From positions 750,001 to 782,000 of the forward strand of contig NZ_LT934425.1 in NCBI RefSeq assembly GCF_900232105.1: a stretch of 32,000 nucleotides of DNA, read 5' to 3'. The DNA is from Candidatus Kuenenia stuttgartensis (GTDB taxonomy: Bacteria; Planctomycetota; Brocadiia; Brocadiales; Brocadiaceae). The number at the start of each line of letters is the position of its first letter. Position 1 is the stretch's first letter. Positions 1 to 8,397 of this stretch are shown here, piece by piece. The notes beneath the pieces are model-generated. The model did no database searches and was not told the DNA's origin. It saw nothing but the letters and a program-made list of their open reading frames with translations. The translations under genes and the position numbers were made by a program.

Positions 1-1574
1 CGACTACCGGTGGTTCATACAATACCGGCAGCGCAGGAAGTAATGTTTTCATTTCAAAAATAAATCCAACGTTAACTAGTCTTCTTGCTTCGACTTATTT
101 GGGCGGATCTTCAGAGGATAAAGTACGGTCTTTGCTTTTAGACCCGGAAGGGAATGTTTACGTAACTGGAGAAACGAATTCGTCCGATTTCCCAACAACT
201 GAAAATGCTTATGCAGGGTCGTTAAACGATTCATATGGAGATGTTTTTGTTTCCCGGCTTGACACCGATTTGACGAATCTTCTGGCTTCTACCTATTTAG
301 GCGGGACTTTTGGCGATTATAGCCGAGATATAGCAATTGCTGCAGAGGGAAATATTTATGTAACGGGTGATACAAATTCTGCTGATTTTCCTGCTTCAGC
401 GGGCGCTTATAAAACTTCATTGACCGGCAGCTCCAGAGATGTTTTTGTTTCAAAACTGAATAATGAACTAACCGGTCTTTTGGCCTCAACATTCATGGGA
501 GGTTCTTCCGGTGATTATAGCAGCGCCCTTGTTATCGATTCCAAAGGAAACGTTTTTATCGCAGGCACTACCGGCTCATCAGATTTCCCTGCTTCTTCAG
601 GCACGTATGATGCTGTCTTTAATGGTGGAGAACATGATGTTGATGGTTTCGTTTCAAAGTTTGATAAGGATCTGACGAGCCTTCTTGCTGCCACATACAT
701 TGGGGGATATTTTAATGACTATATAAGCGATATGGCAAGCGATTCTGAAGGCAATATTTATGTAACGGGTGGCACCCTTTCTTCGAATTTTCCAATAACT
801 ACAAAGGCATATGATACGACATACAATTTTGGCTCCGATGCCTTTGTATCGAAATTGAGCAATGATTTAAAAACACTTATTGCCTCAACCTTTTTGGGCA
901 GTTCGGGCTATCCTTCAGAAGGGTACGACTATAATTACGGATATGAGCATGCGAATGCCATCGTTATTGTTTCGGACGGAAAAATTTACGTAACCGGCAG
1001 TACGTATTCTTCAGATTTCCCTACCACAATAGGGTCTTATAACGCCTCATTTAATGGTGGAGGTGCAGATGCGTTCATTTCCAGTTTTGACAACAATCTG
1101 GAAGATCTGCTGGATTCCACCTATCTTGGCGGTTCCTCTGGCTATGATTGCGGCAAGGCATTGGCAACAGGGCCGGAGGGAGATATTTATGTTGCCGGAT
1201 TTACGAATGCTTCAAATTTCCCGGTTACCAGTGGGGTTCTTTATGCAAATTATAGCGGTAAGATAGACACCTTTATTTCACAACTGGATAGTGATCTATC
1301 TGCATTTTTGGGGAAAATATCGGGAAGTTTGAGCGATGAGAATAAAAACCCCGTTGAATCTGCTAAGATAGCACTGAAGGGAAAAACTACAAAAATTAAA
1401 AGGAAAACCTTTTCTGATGAAAATGGACTTTTCGAGTTTGGCAATTTAAAGGCGGATACGTATAATATTACAGCTACAAAGAATAGCTACAGGAAATACA
1501 AAACAAAGGTTGATCTGGAAGAGGGAGAAAAGAAGGAAATTAAGGCAGAGATGAAGAAAACAAAGACCCGATGA
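1..1574 (+). CDS. SBBP-type beta-propeller repeat protein with C-terminal carboxypeptidase-regulatory-like domain; 5' end truncated by window edge
   Basis: Frame 3 is open from nt 3 (TTGGSYNTGSAGSNVFISKINPTLTSLLASTYLGG...), so the listed start at 99 is not the real one. Six full ~48-aa repeats follow the pattern LLASTYLGG..D....IA.D..GNIYVTG.T.S.DFP.T.GAY....D.FVSKL, which I recognise as the SBBP repeat (Pfam PF06739). The tail GKISGSLSDENKNPVESAKIALKGK...YNITATKNSYRKYKTKVDLEEGE resembles a CarboxypepD_reg beta-sandwich. Confidence 0.8.
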   Translation, partial: TTGGSYNTGSAGSNVFISKINPTLTSLLASTYLGGSSEDKVRSLLLDPEGNVYVTGETNSSDFPTTENAYAGSLNDSYGDVFVSRLDTDLTNLLASTYLGGTFGDYSRDIAIAAEGNIYVTGDTNSADFPASAGAYKTSLTGSSRDVFVSKLNNELTGLLASTFMGGSSGDYSSALVIDSKGNVFIAGTTGSSDFPASSGTYDAVFNGGEHDVDGFVSKFDKDLTSLLAATYIGGYFNDYISDMASDSEGNIYVTGGTLSSNFPITTKAYDTTYNFGSDAFVSKLSNDLKTLIASTFLGSSGYPSEGYDYNYGYEHANAIVIVSDGKIYVTGSTYSSDFPTTIGSYNASFNGGGADAFISSFDNNLEDLLDSTYLGGSSGYDCGKALATGPEGDIYVAGFTNASNFPVTSGVLYANYSGKIDTFISQLDSDLSAFLGKISGSLSDENKNPVESAKIALKGKTTKIKRKTFSDENGLFEFGNLKADTYNITATKNSYRKYKTKVDLEEGEKKEIKAEMKKTKTR

Positions 1575-1662
1575 ACAGCAAAAAAGAATCTTTTCGCGGT
1601 GGCTTAATTAATTACGTTAAAGCGGTGTTCCGCGAGGGATTAAAAAAGAGGTGAAACATAAG

Positions 1663-1740
<78 letters not shown>

Positions 1741-1783
1741 TCATATTGAAAATATTCGTTTTTTCAGGTTAATTGTAGTTCAC

Positions 1784-1811
1784 ATTATACGTTACATCTG
1801 TATAAATACAA
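1784..1811 (-). promoter_or_regulatory. putative sigma70-like promoter for tRNA-Pro
   Basis: The minus strand reads TTGTAT-(16 nt)-TATAAT, with the -10 element ending about 40 nt upstream of the tRNA 5' end. Pattern match only. Confidence 0.35.
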
Positions 1812-2130
1812 GCAAAAACAGAATAAAAACGTACCCATCATTGCCTACATGCCTTCGCTAGCACCTTATCATACTTACTTTACATTTTTTGACAAAATAT
1901 TTAAATGTATGATGCTTCTAAGATATTATTTTACAAGAAGATAGCGCATGCATTCCGGCGTTTTAAGTAATAATGGTTAATTATTGCCCGCCAAAAAGCA
2001 AAAAACACCGAAAATCTTTTATTCTGTTTTCGATTAAATTTGCAAAAGAGTAGCATGGCATAAGTAATTACACCTCAATGTATTAAAAAAACAGTAAAAT
2101 ATTTTTTTACAAATGGAACAATATTTTGTG

Positions 2131-2158
2131 TTGCCTTGTTTTAAGATTGAGTTATAAT
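2131..2158 (+). promoter_or_regulatory. putative sigma70-like promoter for the zinc-ribbon ORF
   Basis: TTGCCT (2131-2136), 16-nt spacer, TATAAT (2153-2158), about 45 nt upstream of the ATG at 2204. A GGAG Shine-Dalgarno lies 6 nt before the ATG. Confidence 0.4.
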
Positions 2159-2203
2159 CGTACCTTATTTTTTATTGTAATTTTGAAGGGGTAGGAGTAG
2201 TAG

Positions 2204-2461
2204 ATGAACATTCAGCAAAAAGAAAAGTCGAGAAAAAAATATAACGAAAGAAGCCTTTCTTTAAAAAACGTATTTATTGACAAGGCGGAGAGAAGTTGTT
2301 TAATGTGCGGTAAAAAATTCATTAGCCGCGGGCCGCACAACAGAAGATGTGCGAGGTGCAATCAAAAGATTGATCAGGCGGCAGAAAATACATTTTACAT
2401 GCCAACAGTGTACGGAAATGATGGCTCTGTAGGAGGCGAAACATACACGGTAGCTGAATAA
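2204..2461 (+). CDS. small basic zinc-ribbon protein (CxxC-12-CxxC), function unknown
   Basis: 85-aa ORF with a Shine-Dalgarno, a candidate promoter and a strong downstream terminator. It has a lysine/arginine-rich N-terminus and the motif CLMCGKKFISRGPHNRRCARC. Confidence 0.6.
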   Translation: MNIQQKEKSRKKYNERSLSLKNVFIDKAERSCLMCGKKFISRGPHNRRCARCNQKIDQAAENTFYMPTVYGNDGSVGGETYTVAE

Positions 2462-2480
2462 AGATTAATCCTGTTTTTTT

Positions 2481-2524
2481 GACAAAAGGGCTATGCGATT
2501 ATTGAAAAGCATAGCCCTTTTGTC
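2481..2524. terminator. bidirectional intrinsic terminator between convergent genes
   Basis: Perfect 16-nt arms GACAAAAGGGCTATGC / GCATAGCCCTTTTGTC with a 12-nt loop. On either strand the GC core GGGCTATGC/GCATAGCCC is followed by TTTTGTC. It sits between the stop of the 2204..2461 ORF and the stop of rtcA. Confidence 0.7.
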
Positions 2525-2550
2525 ATTTATCCGCGTTATTGTTACGCATG

Positions 2551-3594
2551 TTAAAGAGGTTTTATTGTTATAGAACCTTCTTCATTTATCCTGCCCGTTA
2601 TTGTAACACCAATAGGGATAAACTGTTTTGTAATTTCAATGTTCGTTAACAGATGTTTGGTAATTATGGACGTGGTAAAGGTTGTCTCTTCCTCCTTTAC
2701 CAGGGCAAGTGGCACAATAAGCTGATCGGCCAGGTATTCATCGAATACGCCTTTAGTTTTTAAAAAATTGTTTAGTTTGTTACACGCCTCTTCTGCTACC
2801 GTTTCAGCGCGTTTGCCAATTTCACCCAAGCTAAAATAACAACATTGGCTATATTCAAATTCCCCAATGAGAAGCAACAGGGTGCCCTTGCCGATTGCAG
2901 GCATTTCAAATAAGGCTATTTCATGTGGTATGTTTTGTACTGAAAACTGTTTCTGAGCCTCCATTTGTTGTCTTTTTGCGATGTTTGTGTCCAGATTGCT
3001 TACTACAGAGAGACCTTTAATCCGGAGAAGACGCCCCCTATCCTTTATTCGTATGGCGTGCTGTGTATGTGACGGACTTATTTTCATTACAACTTCGCCT
3101 CCGCCACGTGGATAAAAGCCGGCTCTCGTCGTTTGCATTTCAGCATCATATCCCATTTTTCTCAGGAAAAACAACCATTGCCGCTCAAGATAATCCGTAC
3201 AAGGACTATGGCTTACATGCGTACCGCCGGTAATGGTGATTGTGGATGGGCCTTCTGCGAAACTGAGTGGATAGAATATCGTTTGTAATACAAGGGCAAT
3301 TGAACCCGCAGTCCCGATATTGAAAGAATATGTTCCGTGCAGGATATTACCAGGATAAAATCTGATGGTTGTAGAGCGAAGGGTGTTCCCGGCTACCTCC
3401 GCATTGCAAATCCTGGCGGTAGCGTTTATTGCCTGTAAATGCTGATGGCTGATTCCGGGTGTTTTTCTGTTGGCTCTGATGCTATGTATTTCAAAAGGCT
3501 TTTTAGTAATGGCTGACAGAGAAAGCGAAGTCCGCAGTATTTGCCCCCCGCCTTCCCCAAAAGAACCATCAATTTTGATAATATCATCGGCCAT
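2551..3594 (-). CDS. rtcA: RNA 3'-terminal phosphate cyclase
   Basis: The N-terminus [48 protein letters not shown] and the C-terminal [13 protein letters not shown]...KHLLTNIEI closely match the conserved RtcA blocks as I recall them from E. coli RtcA (GEGGGQILR; EYLADQL; the adenylylated His in CHLLTN). The length of 347 aa is typical. Confidence 0.9.
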   Translation of the reverse strand: MADDIIKIDGSFGEGGGQILRTSLSLSAITKKPFEIHSIRANRKTPGISHQHLQAINATARICNAEVAGNTLRSTTIRFYPGNILHGTYSFNIGTAGSIALVLQTIFYPLSFAEGPSTITITGGTHVSHSPCTDYLERQWLFFLRKMGYDAEMQTTRAGFYPRGGGEVVMKISPSHTQHAIRIKDRGRLLRIKGLSVVSNLDTNIAKRQQMEAQKQFSVQNIPHEIALFEMPAIGKGTLLLLIGEFEYSQCCYFSLGEIGKRAETVAEEACNKLNNFLKTKGVFDEYLADQLIVPLALVKEEETTFTTSIITKHLLTNIEITKQFIPIGVTITGRINEEGSITIKPL

Positions 3595-3600
3595 AGTTGA

Positions 3601-3634
3601 AAGAAAAAGGGCAGAACATGAGAATGCCCTGCCC
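3601..3634 (-). terminator. putative intrinsic terminator after the cytochrome c gene, abutting the rtcA start
   Basis: The minus strand reads GGGCAG-gcattctcatgtt-CTGCCC followed by TTTTTCTTT. The T-run ends only a few nt before the rtcA ATG (3594). Confidence 0.45.
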
Positions 3635-3674
3635 TTGCCATTTTGATTTTTATTATTACATTTTGTGTAAAGGC

Positions 3675-4019
3675 CTATTTGCTAAATCCACGTACAATCT
3701 GAACGAGTTCGTCAAGGTGTGAGAGATCGACCCCAAGGTCTCCGAGCGGCACGTAATTTGGATTTTTGGTTCCCTTTGTCATAGATTCTTTCATATCTTC
3801 GTCGGTTCTTGACCTCTGGTAGTCAGGGTCGCTGAAATCAGGCACTCCAAATTGTTTTCCAGCTTCAGAGCCTTTTCCATCAGAGCCGTGGCATAATTCG
3901 CAGGTATCTTTATAAATTAGTTTAACGTCATTTGCAGATGCAGTGAAGCTTGGTTGTACAAAATAGAGACTAAAAATTGCTGTTGCAGGAATAACACAAT
4001 AACTAAAAAGTTTTTTCAA
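3675..4019 (-). CDS. small secreted monoheme c-type cytochrome
   Basis: One CxxCH motif (CELCHGSDGKG). The ORF is open to 4139 (TTG). The best-supported start is the TTG at 4019, preceded by GGAGGG with a 7-nt spacer. That start gives a classic signal peptide MKKLFSYCVIPATAIFSLYFVQPSFTASA|ND. The ATG at 4073 has no Shine-Dalgarno and remains an alternative. Confidence 0.7.
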   Translation of the reverse strand: MKKLFSYCVIPATAIFSLYFVQPSFTASANDVKLIYKDTCELCHGSDGKGSEAGKQFGVPDFSDPDYQRSRTDEDMKESMTKGTKNPNYVPLGDLGVDLSHLDELVQIVRGFSK

Positions 4020-4439
4020 CGGTAAGCCCTCCAATAAATAAAATGTTAATGTATTGTTATTAAGATTTTTCATAAGGCACGTTTCGCTTTTGATATTATC
4101 GCGAAAAGTCTTTTTCTTAAAAACATCACCCCCAATCAAGAATTATGATTAATAGGTATTATCAAATAAAATACCGGAATAAAGACCCTCTTTCGGCGCA
4201 AAATATCCTCCTTACACACGGTACTCTTTAACTTTAATAAAAAAATTATTCAAAATGTATTCTGTGAAAATACTGATTTATATCAGGCCGAAGTCGCAAG
4301 CAAAAATCGTAACATCCACTCCATAAGGTGTCAAGTACTTTCCGGCGTAAGCGAATATTTGCAAAATACATGTTCACATGCAAATACAATTATTATATAA
4401 TCACATTTTTATGTTTGCAAAATAGGTCTGATTTACAAC

Positions 4440-4587
4440 ATCACAGCGACATTTTTATTTCAGATGTTGCAACGATTTCTTGGTAGATATATGTTTCATA
4501 ACCTGCCTATGAAAGAAATAACCCTGACAGGGTTAATGCCCTGCCGACTTTGTGCAGGACTTAATAATAAAATGTCGCTGTAGTGAT
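4440..4587. repeat. palindromic intergenic element (long-range inverted repeat enclosing the AACCCTGACAGGGTT palindrome)
   Basis: CAGCGACATTTT (4444-4455) pairs perfectly with AAAATGTCGCTG (4569-4580), and the flanking ATCA/TGAT extend the pairing with a 3-nt bulge. The interior holds AACCCTGACAGGGTT (4520-4534), which recurs at 14871-14903. A 12-bp inverted repeat alone is only marginally significant in 32 kb. Confidence 0.35.
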
Positions 4588-4708
4588 AACGAAGGAACAA
4601 ATCAGGGGACAATTTTTGTTTATTTACACTGATTTATAATCAAAATAAATTCTCGCTAATTTACTTTATATCTTATAAACGAAAGATGAATTTGCTATGG
4701 AGGAATAA

Positions 4709-5698
4709 ATGGATTCTGGTGTTAGAAGTATTACAGAAAGGGTAAAGGCGGAAAGTGATTTAATAAATACCCTTCTGTACGAGGTAGGTAAGGTAATTGT
4801 AGGACAAAAATACCTGATCGAGAGATTATTAATCGGGATGCTTTCCAACGGACATGTTTTATTAGAGGGTGTTCCCGGATTGGCAAAGACAATGTCCATT
4901 ATGACACTCGCAAAAGCAATGCATGCCTCCTTTCAAAGGATACAATTTACCCCTGATTTACTGCCTGCGGATTTGCTTGGCACGCTTATTTACAATCCCA
5001 AGAGCGGTGAATTTACCGTTCGCAAGGGACCGGTTTTTACGAATATCGTGCTGGCGGATGAGATAAACCGCGCTCCGGCGAAGGTGCAAAGCGCACTTTT
5101 AGAGGCCATGCAGGATCGGGAGGTTACCATTGGCGATGAGACGTTTAAACTGGAGGAACCGTTTCTGGTATTGGCAACTCAGAACCCAATTGAGCACGAA
5201 GGCACGTATCCGCTGCCGGAAGCACAGTTGGACCGTTTTATGCTGAAATTGAATATTACGTATCCTGACAAAAAAGAGGAACGTGAAATATTAGAGCGTA
5301 TGGCTACCACCAAAAGCGATATTAAGGTAAATCCGGTAATTTCTCCGAACGATATCTTACGGTTACGCACGGTGGTGGACGGGATTTACATCGACGACAA
5401 GATTAAAGATTATATTATAGATATTGTCTTTGCCTCCAGAGAACCGAAGACGTATAACCTGGATTTGGATCAATTCATTGAATATGGAGCGTCTCCGCGT
5501 GCAACAATAAATCTGACATTAGCGGCAAAGGCGCACGCGTTTCTCAAGGGTAGGGGATTTGTCACTCCTCAGGACGTAAAATCTATAGGAATGGACGTCC
5601 TCCGGCATAGAATAATCATAACATATGAAGCAGAGGCAGAAGAAATACGGCCGGAAGATATTATTAATAAAATTTTTGATAACGTGGAAGTTCCTTAA
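4709..5698 (+). CDS. MoxR-family AAA+ ATPase
   Basis: Walker A-like LLEGVPGLAKT, Walker B VLADEINRAPAKVQSALLEAMQ, and the sensor region ATQNPIEHEGTYPLPEAQLDRF, typical of MoxR/AAA_3. GGAGGA Shine-Dalgarno 4 nt upstream. First gene of a Bat-type cluster. Confidence 0.9.
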   Translation: MDSGVRSITERVKAESDLINTLLYEVGKVIVGQKYLIERLLIGMLSNGHVLLEGVPGLAKTMSIMTLAKAMHASFQRIQFTPDLLPADLLGTLIYNPKSGEFTVRKGPVFTNIVLADEINRAPAKVQSALLEAMQDREVTIGDETFKLEEPFLVLATQNPIEHEGTYPLPEAQLDRFMLKLNITYPDKKEEREILERMATTKSDIKVNPVISPNDILRLRTVVDGIYIDDKIKDYIIDIVFASREPKTYNLDLDQFIEYGASPRATINLTLAAKAHAFLKGRGFVTPQDVKSIGMDVLRHRIIITYEAEAEEIRPEDIINKIFDNVEVP

Positions 5699-5707
5699 TT
5701 AACAGAC

Positions 5708-6589
5708 ATGATTTCAGCAGATGTTTTAAAACAAATTCGTCAGATCCAGATTCACACAAGCCGCCTTGTCAATGAAGCGTTAGTGGGCGAGTACCACAGT
5801 ATTTTCAAAGGAGTTGGTATTGAATTCGAGGAGGTGCGCGAATATCAGCCCGGAGATGAAATACGGATGATTGACTGGAATGTGACGGCACGCATGGGAC
5901 GCCCCTTTATTAAACGCTTTGTTGAGGAACGGGAATTAACCGTAATGCTTCTGGTGGATGTAAGCGCGTCAGAAAATTTCGGCTCGGTAAAATATTTAAA
6001 AAATAAAGTGGCAATAGAAATATGCTCTCTCCTTGCCTTTTCTGCAATTAAAAACAATGATAAAGTGGGTGTTATTATGTTTACGGATAAAATCGAGAAA
6101 TTCATACCTCCGAAAAAAGGGGCAAAACACGTCTTCAAAGTTATTCGGGAACTTTTGTGTTCAAAGCCGTCGGGAAAAGGCACGAACATCGCCATGGCGC
6201 TGGACTACTTAAATAAGATTGCTTCCCGAAAGACGATTACCTTTATCGTGTCTGACTTCATTGCGGAAGAAAATGCTTATGCGCGTTCATTAAGAACCGC
6301 AAATAAGAAACATGATGTGATCGCGGTTAATATTATTGATCCGAGAGAACAGAAATTGCCCAATGTAGGTTTTATCGAATTAGAGGATGCGGAATCAGGC
6401 GAGAGAATAATAACAGATACCTCGAATTCAAGTGCAAGAAAAGAGTATAGCATGATGGCCCTACGGCAAAAAGAAGAACGGTCTCAATTATTTCGTTCAA
6501 CAGGTGTTGATGAAGTTGTCGTTAATACTCAAAAAAATTACGTAGAACCCATAATTCGTTTTTTCAGAATAAGAGAGAAGAGGATTTAA
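5708..6589 (+). CDS. DUF58 domain protein (vWA-like, MoxR partner)
   Basis: The block EFEEVREYQPGDEIRMIDWNVTARMGRPFIKRFVEERELTVMLLVDVSAS is the conserved DUF58 signature. It begins 9 nt after the moxR stop. Confidence 0.85.
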   Translation: MISADVLKQIRQIQIHTSRLVNEALVGEYHSIFKGVGIEFEEVREYQPGDEIRMIDWNVTARMGRPFIKRFVEERELTVMLLVDVSASENFGSVKYLKNKVAIEICSLLAFSAIKNNDKVGVIMFTDKIEKFIPPKKGAKHVFKVIRELLCSKPSGKGTNIAMALDYLNKIASRKTITFIVSDFIAEENAYARSLRTANKKHDVIAVNIIDPREQKLPNVGFIELEDAESGERIITDTSNSSARKEYSMMALRQKEERSQLFRSTGVDEVVVNTQKNYVEPIIRFFRIREKRI

Positions 6590-6611
6590 AATCTTTTCAC
6601 ATGGTAGTTAT

Positions 6612-7640
6612 ATGCCCAACATAAAGCGCTTTATGCCCCTTTATAGACTATTTATAGTACTAATGGCAGCAGTATATACCTTACTTTCCTGGAGCGCAAT
6701 CCAGGCAAGCGAATCGGGCGACCTTAATAACGTACCGATTGAGGTTGCAGCGAGTGTTGAGAAAAGCGATGTGACGATTGGCGACAAAATAAACGTAATA
6801 ATTCAGGCAAAGAGTCCTGTTGGTGTAAATGTTACAATACCCGATCCCGGAGACCGTATCGGAGAATTTTTTGTAAAAGATGCGGGCGAGACAAAGGAAG
6901 CCGTCGGAGGAAAAGAGGGGGACAGGATTGTTGAACGCCGCTATATTTTGCGTTCTTACAAAACCGGGCTGCAAATAATTCCGCCAATAAAAATAAAATA
7001 CCATGCAGAAGGTTACGGAGAGGGGGAAGTTGCTACAAATGAACTTGAAATAAACATCAAAGGCATGATAAAAGAAGGTGAAGAGATCACTGACATTCGT
7101 GACATTGCCCCTCCTCTCGGCATTGACACAAACTATGCGCGTTTACTACAATGGATTTTTGCAGGAGTTGCGGCAATTGCCCTGTTCATGCTCGCCTACC
7201 GGATATTGAAAAAGCAAAAGGGCGGAAAGCGTGTTCAAACAAGAGTAGCAGCAAAGAAGCTGCCACATGAGACAGCTTATGAATTGCTTGAGATATTATT
7301 AAAAGAAGACCTTGTCGGGAAAGGTCTGGTAAAAGAATATTATTACCGCATTACCAATATTTTGCGGCATTATATAGAAGACCGGTTTGGATTGTCCGCC
7401 CCCGAACGTACTACGGAAGAATTCCTGGTTGAAATGGCATATACAAATAAATTAAATACCGCTCATAAAAAATATATTCAGGAATTTCTTGAGAAATGTG
7501 ACTGTGTAAAATATGCAAAATACGGCCCTTCTTTATTGGAAAGTCAGGAAACATACCATCTTGCAAGGCGGTTGGTAGACGAAACAAAGAGCGAAGGGGA
7601 AGGGAAAAAAGAAGAGGCCGTGATTGTTGATGCGAAATGA
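6612..7640 (+). CDS. membrane protein: BatD-like N-terminal ectodomain, TM helix, DUF4381-like C-terminal domain
   Basis: Signal/anchor LFIVLMAAVYTLLSWSAIQA, an ectodomain (VTIGDKINVIIQAKSP...) resembling the start of BatD, the TM helix LLQWIFAGVAAIALFMLAY, and a helical tail (PHETAYELLEILL...YYYRITNILRHYIEDRF) like DUF4381, which usually follows DUF58 in these clusters. Start uncertain (6612 or 6633). Confidence 0.6.
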   Translation: MPNIKRFMPLYRLFIVLMAAVYTLLSWSAIQASESGDLNNVPIEVAASVEKSDVTIGDKINVIIQAKSPVGVNVTIPDPGDRIGEFFVKDAGETKEAVGGKEGDRIVERRYILRSYKTGLQIIPPIKIKYHAEGYGEGEVATNELEINIKGMIKEGEEITDIRDIAPPLGIDTNYARLLQWIFAGVAAIALFMLAYRILKKQKGGKRVQTRVAAKKLPHETAYELLEILLKEDLVGKGLVKEYYYRITNILRHYIEDRFGLSAPERTTEEFLVEMAYTNKLNTAHKKYIQEFLEKCDCVKYAKYGPSLLESQETYHLARRLVDETKSEGEGKKEEAVIVDAK

Positions 7641-7704
7641 TAATAGCAGATGTGTCGTTAATTACTGTTTTGTATCGCGTTAACCTTTTTAAAAAGGATG
7701 AAAA

Positions 7705-8220
7705 ATGGTAAAAGCGCCGGAAAAATTTATGGAAACATATTTAAGTCGTGAAAAAGAGCTTAGTGGTAAAAAGGAAAGGAGACCTTCCCGTGAGCATGCA
7801 GCGGTATTCTCCCCGGAAAAAACGAACAGACTTAAAAGGAATATGCAAATAATCTGGGGAATTTATGGCACTCCGGAAATTAAGGAAATCCTGGCAAAAA
7901 AAGAGAGGATTCATTTTTTAGATTTGAAAAATGCCAGGGCTTGCCTGAATCTTTACTATGTAAACAGAGGGGTACTGGCTGAATACGAAGTAGATATGGG
8001 AGACCAAAGAGATCTTGCCGGCGCCAGGATATACAAGCAATCGGAAACGCTTATTAGTAGGTATTTCTATACGGAAAAGGGAGCGGAAGAACTATTGAAG
8101 TCAACAAATGAGGCGTACCAGGCTTTTGTCGATGCTCTTTCGGCAAATGATATAGAAGAAAATGCCCTATGGGATGCAATTGCAAAGCAAGAAAGCATTA
8201 AACTATCGCCGGGATATTAA
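7705..8220 (+). CDS. hypothetical soluble protein, no recognisable motif
   Basis: 171-aa ORF with an AGGA Shine-Dalgarno about 8 nt upstream. No signal peptide or TM helix. Same strand as the Bat genes but separated by gaps of 64 and 177 nt. Confidence 0.55.
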   Translation: MVKAPEKFMETYLSREKELSGKKERRPSREHAAVFSPEKTNRLKRNMQIIWGIYGTPEIKEILAKKERIHFLDLKNARACLNLYYVNRGVLAEYEVDMGDQRDLAGARIYKQSETLISRYFYTEKGAEELLKSTNEAYQAFVDALSANDIEENALWDAIAKQESIKLSPGY

Positions 8221-8397
8221 AAACCTTCATGCATGCTGCTAAATCCTCTCTATCGAGAGGGGCCTGGGAGGGGTGTTATCTGTCCCGTTCCCAAACTCCA
8301 GCCTGAGAACGAGCATTTTTACATTTTCAAAAACCAAACTATTACCGTATATTTAATTTATATTATTAATACGTTTTTCCATGATATGTTGTTTTAA

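Noticed and set aside
4020-4139. Upstream extension of the cytochrome c ORF to the TTG at 4139 or the ATG at 4073
   Set aside because: The extension adds a non-hydrophobic 22-40 aa before the signal peptide. The TTG at 4019 has a GGAGGG Shine-Dalgarno at ideal spacing and yields a textbook signal peptide. The call remains uncertain without N-terminal data.
4136-4214. Strong minus-strand Shine-Dalgarno (TAAGGAGGA, 4206-4214) followed by TTG and a 21-codon ORF whose TGA overlaps the TTG at 4139
   Set aside because: It is tempting as a leader peptide coupled to the cytochrome gene. However, the start is non-ATG, the peptide is unremarkable, and the downstream TTG at 4139 is itself unlikely to be used. 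Evidence is insufficient to call it.
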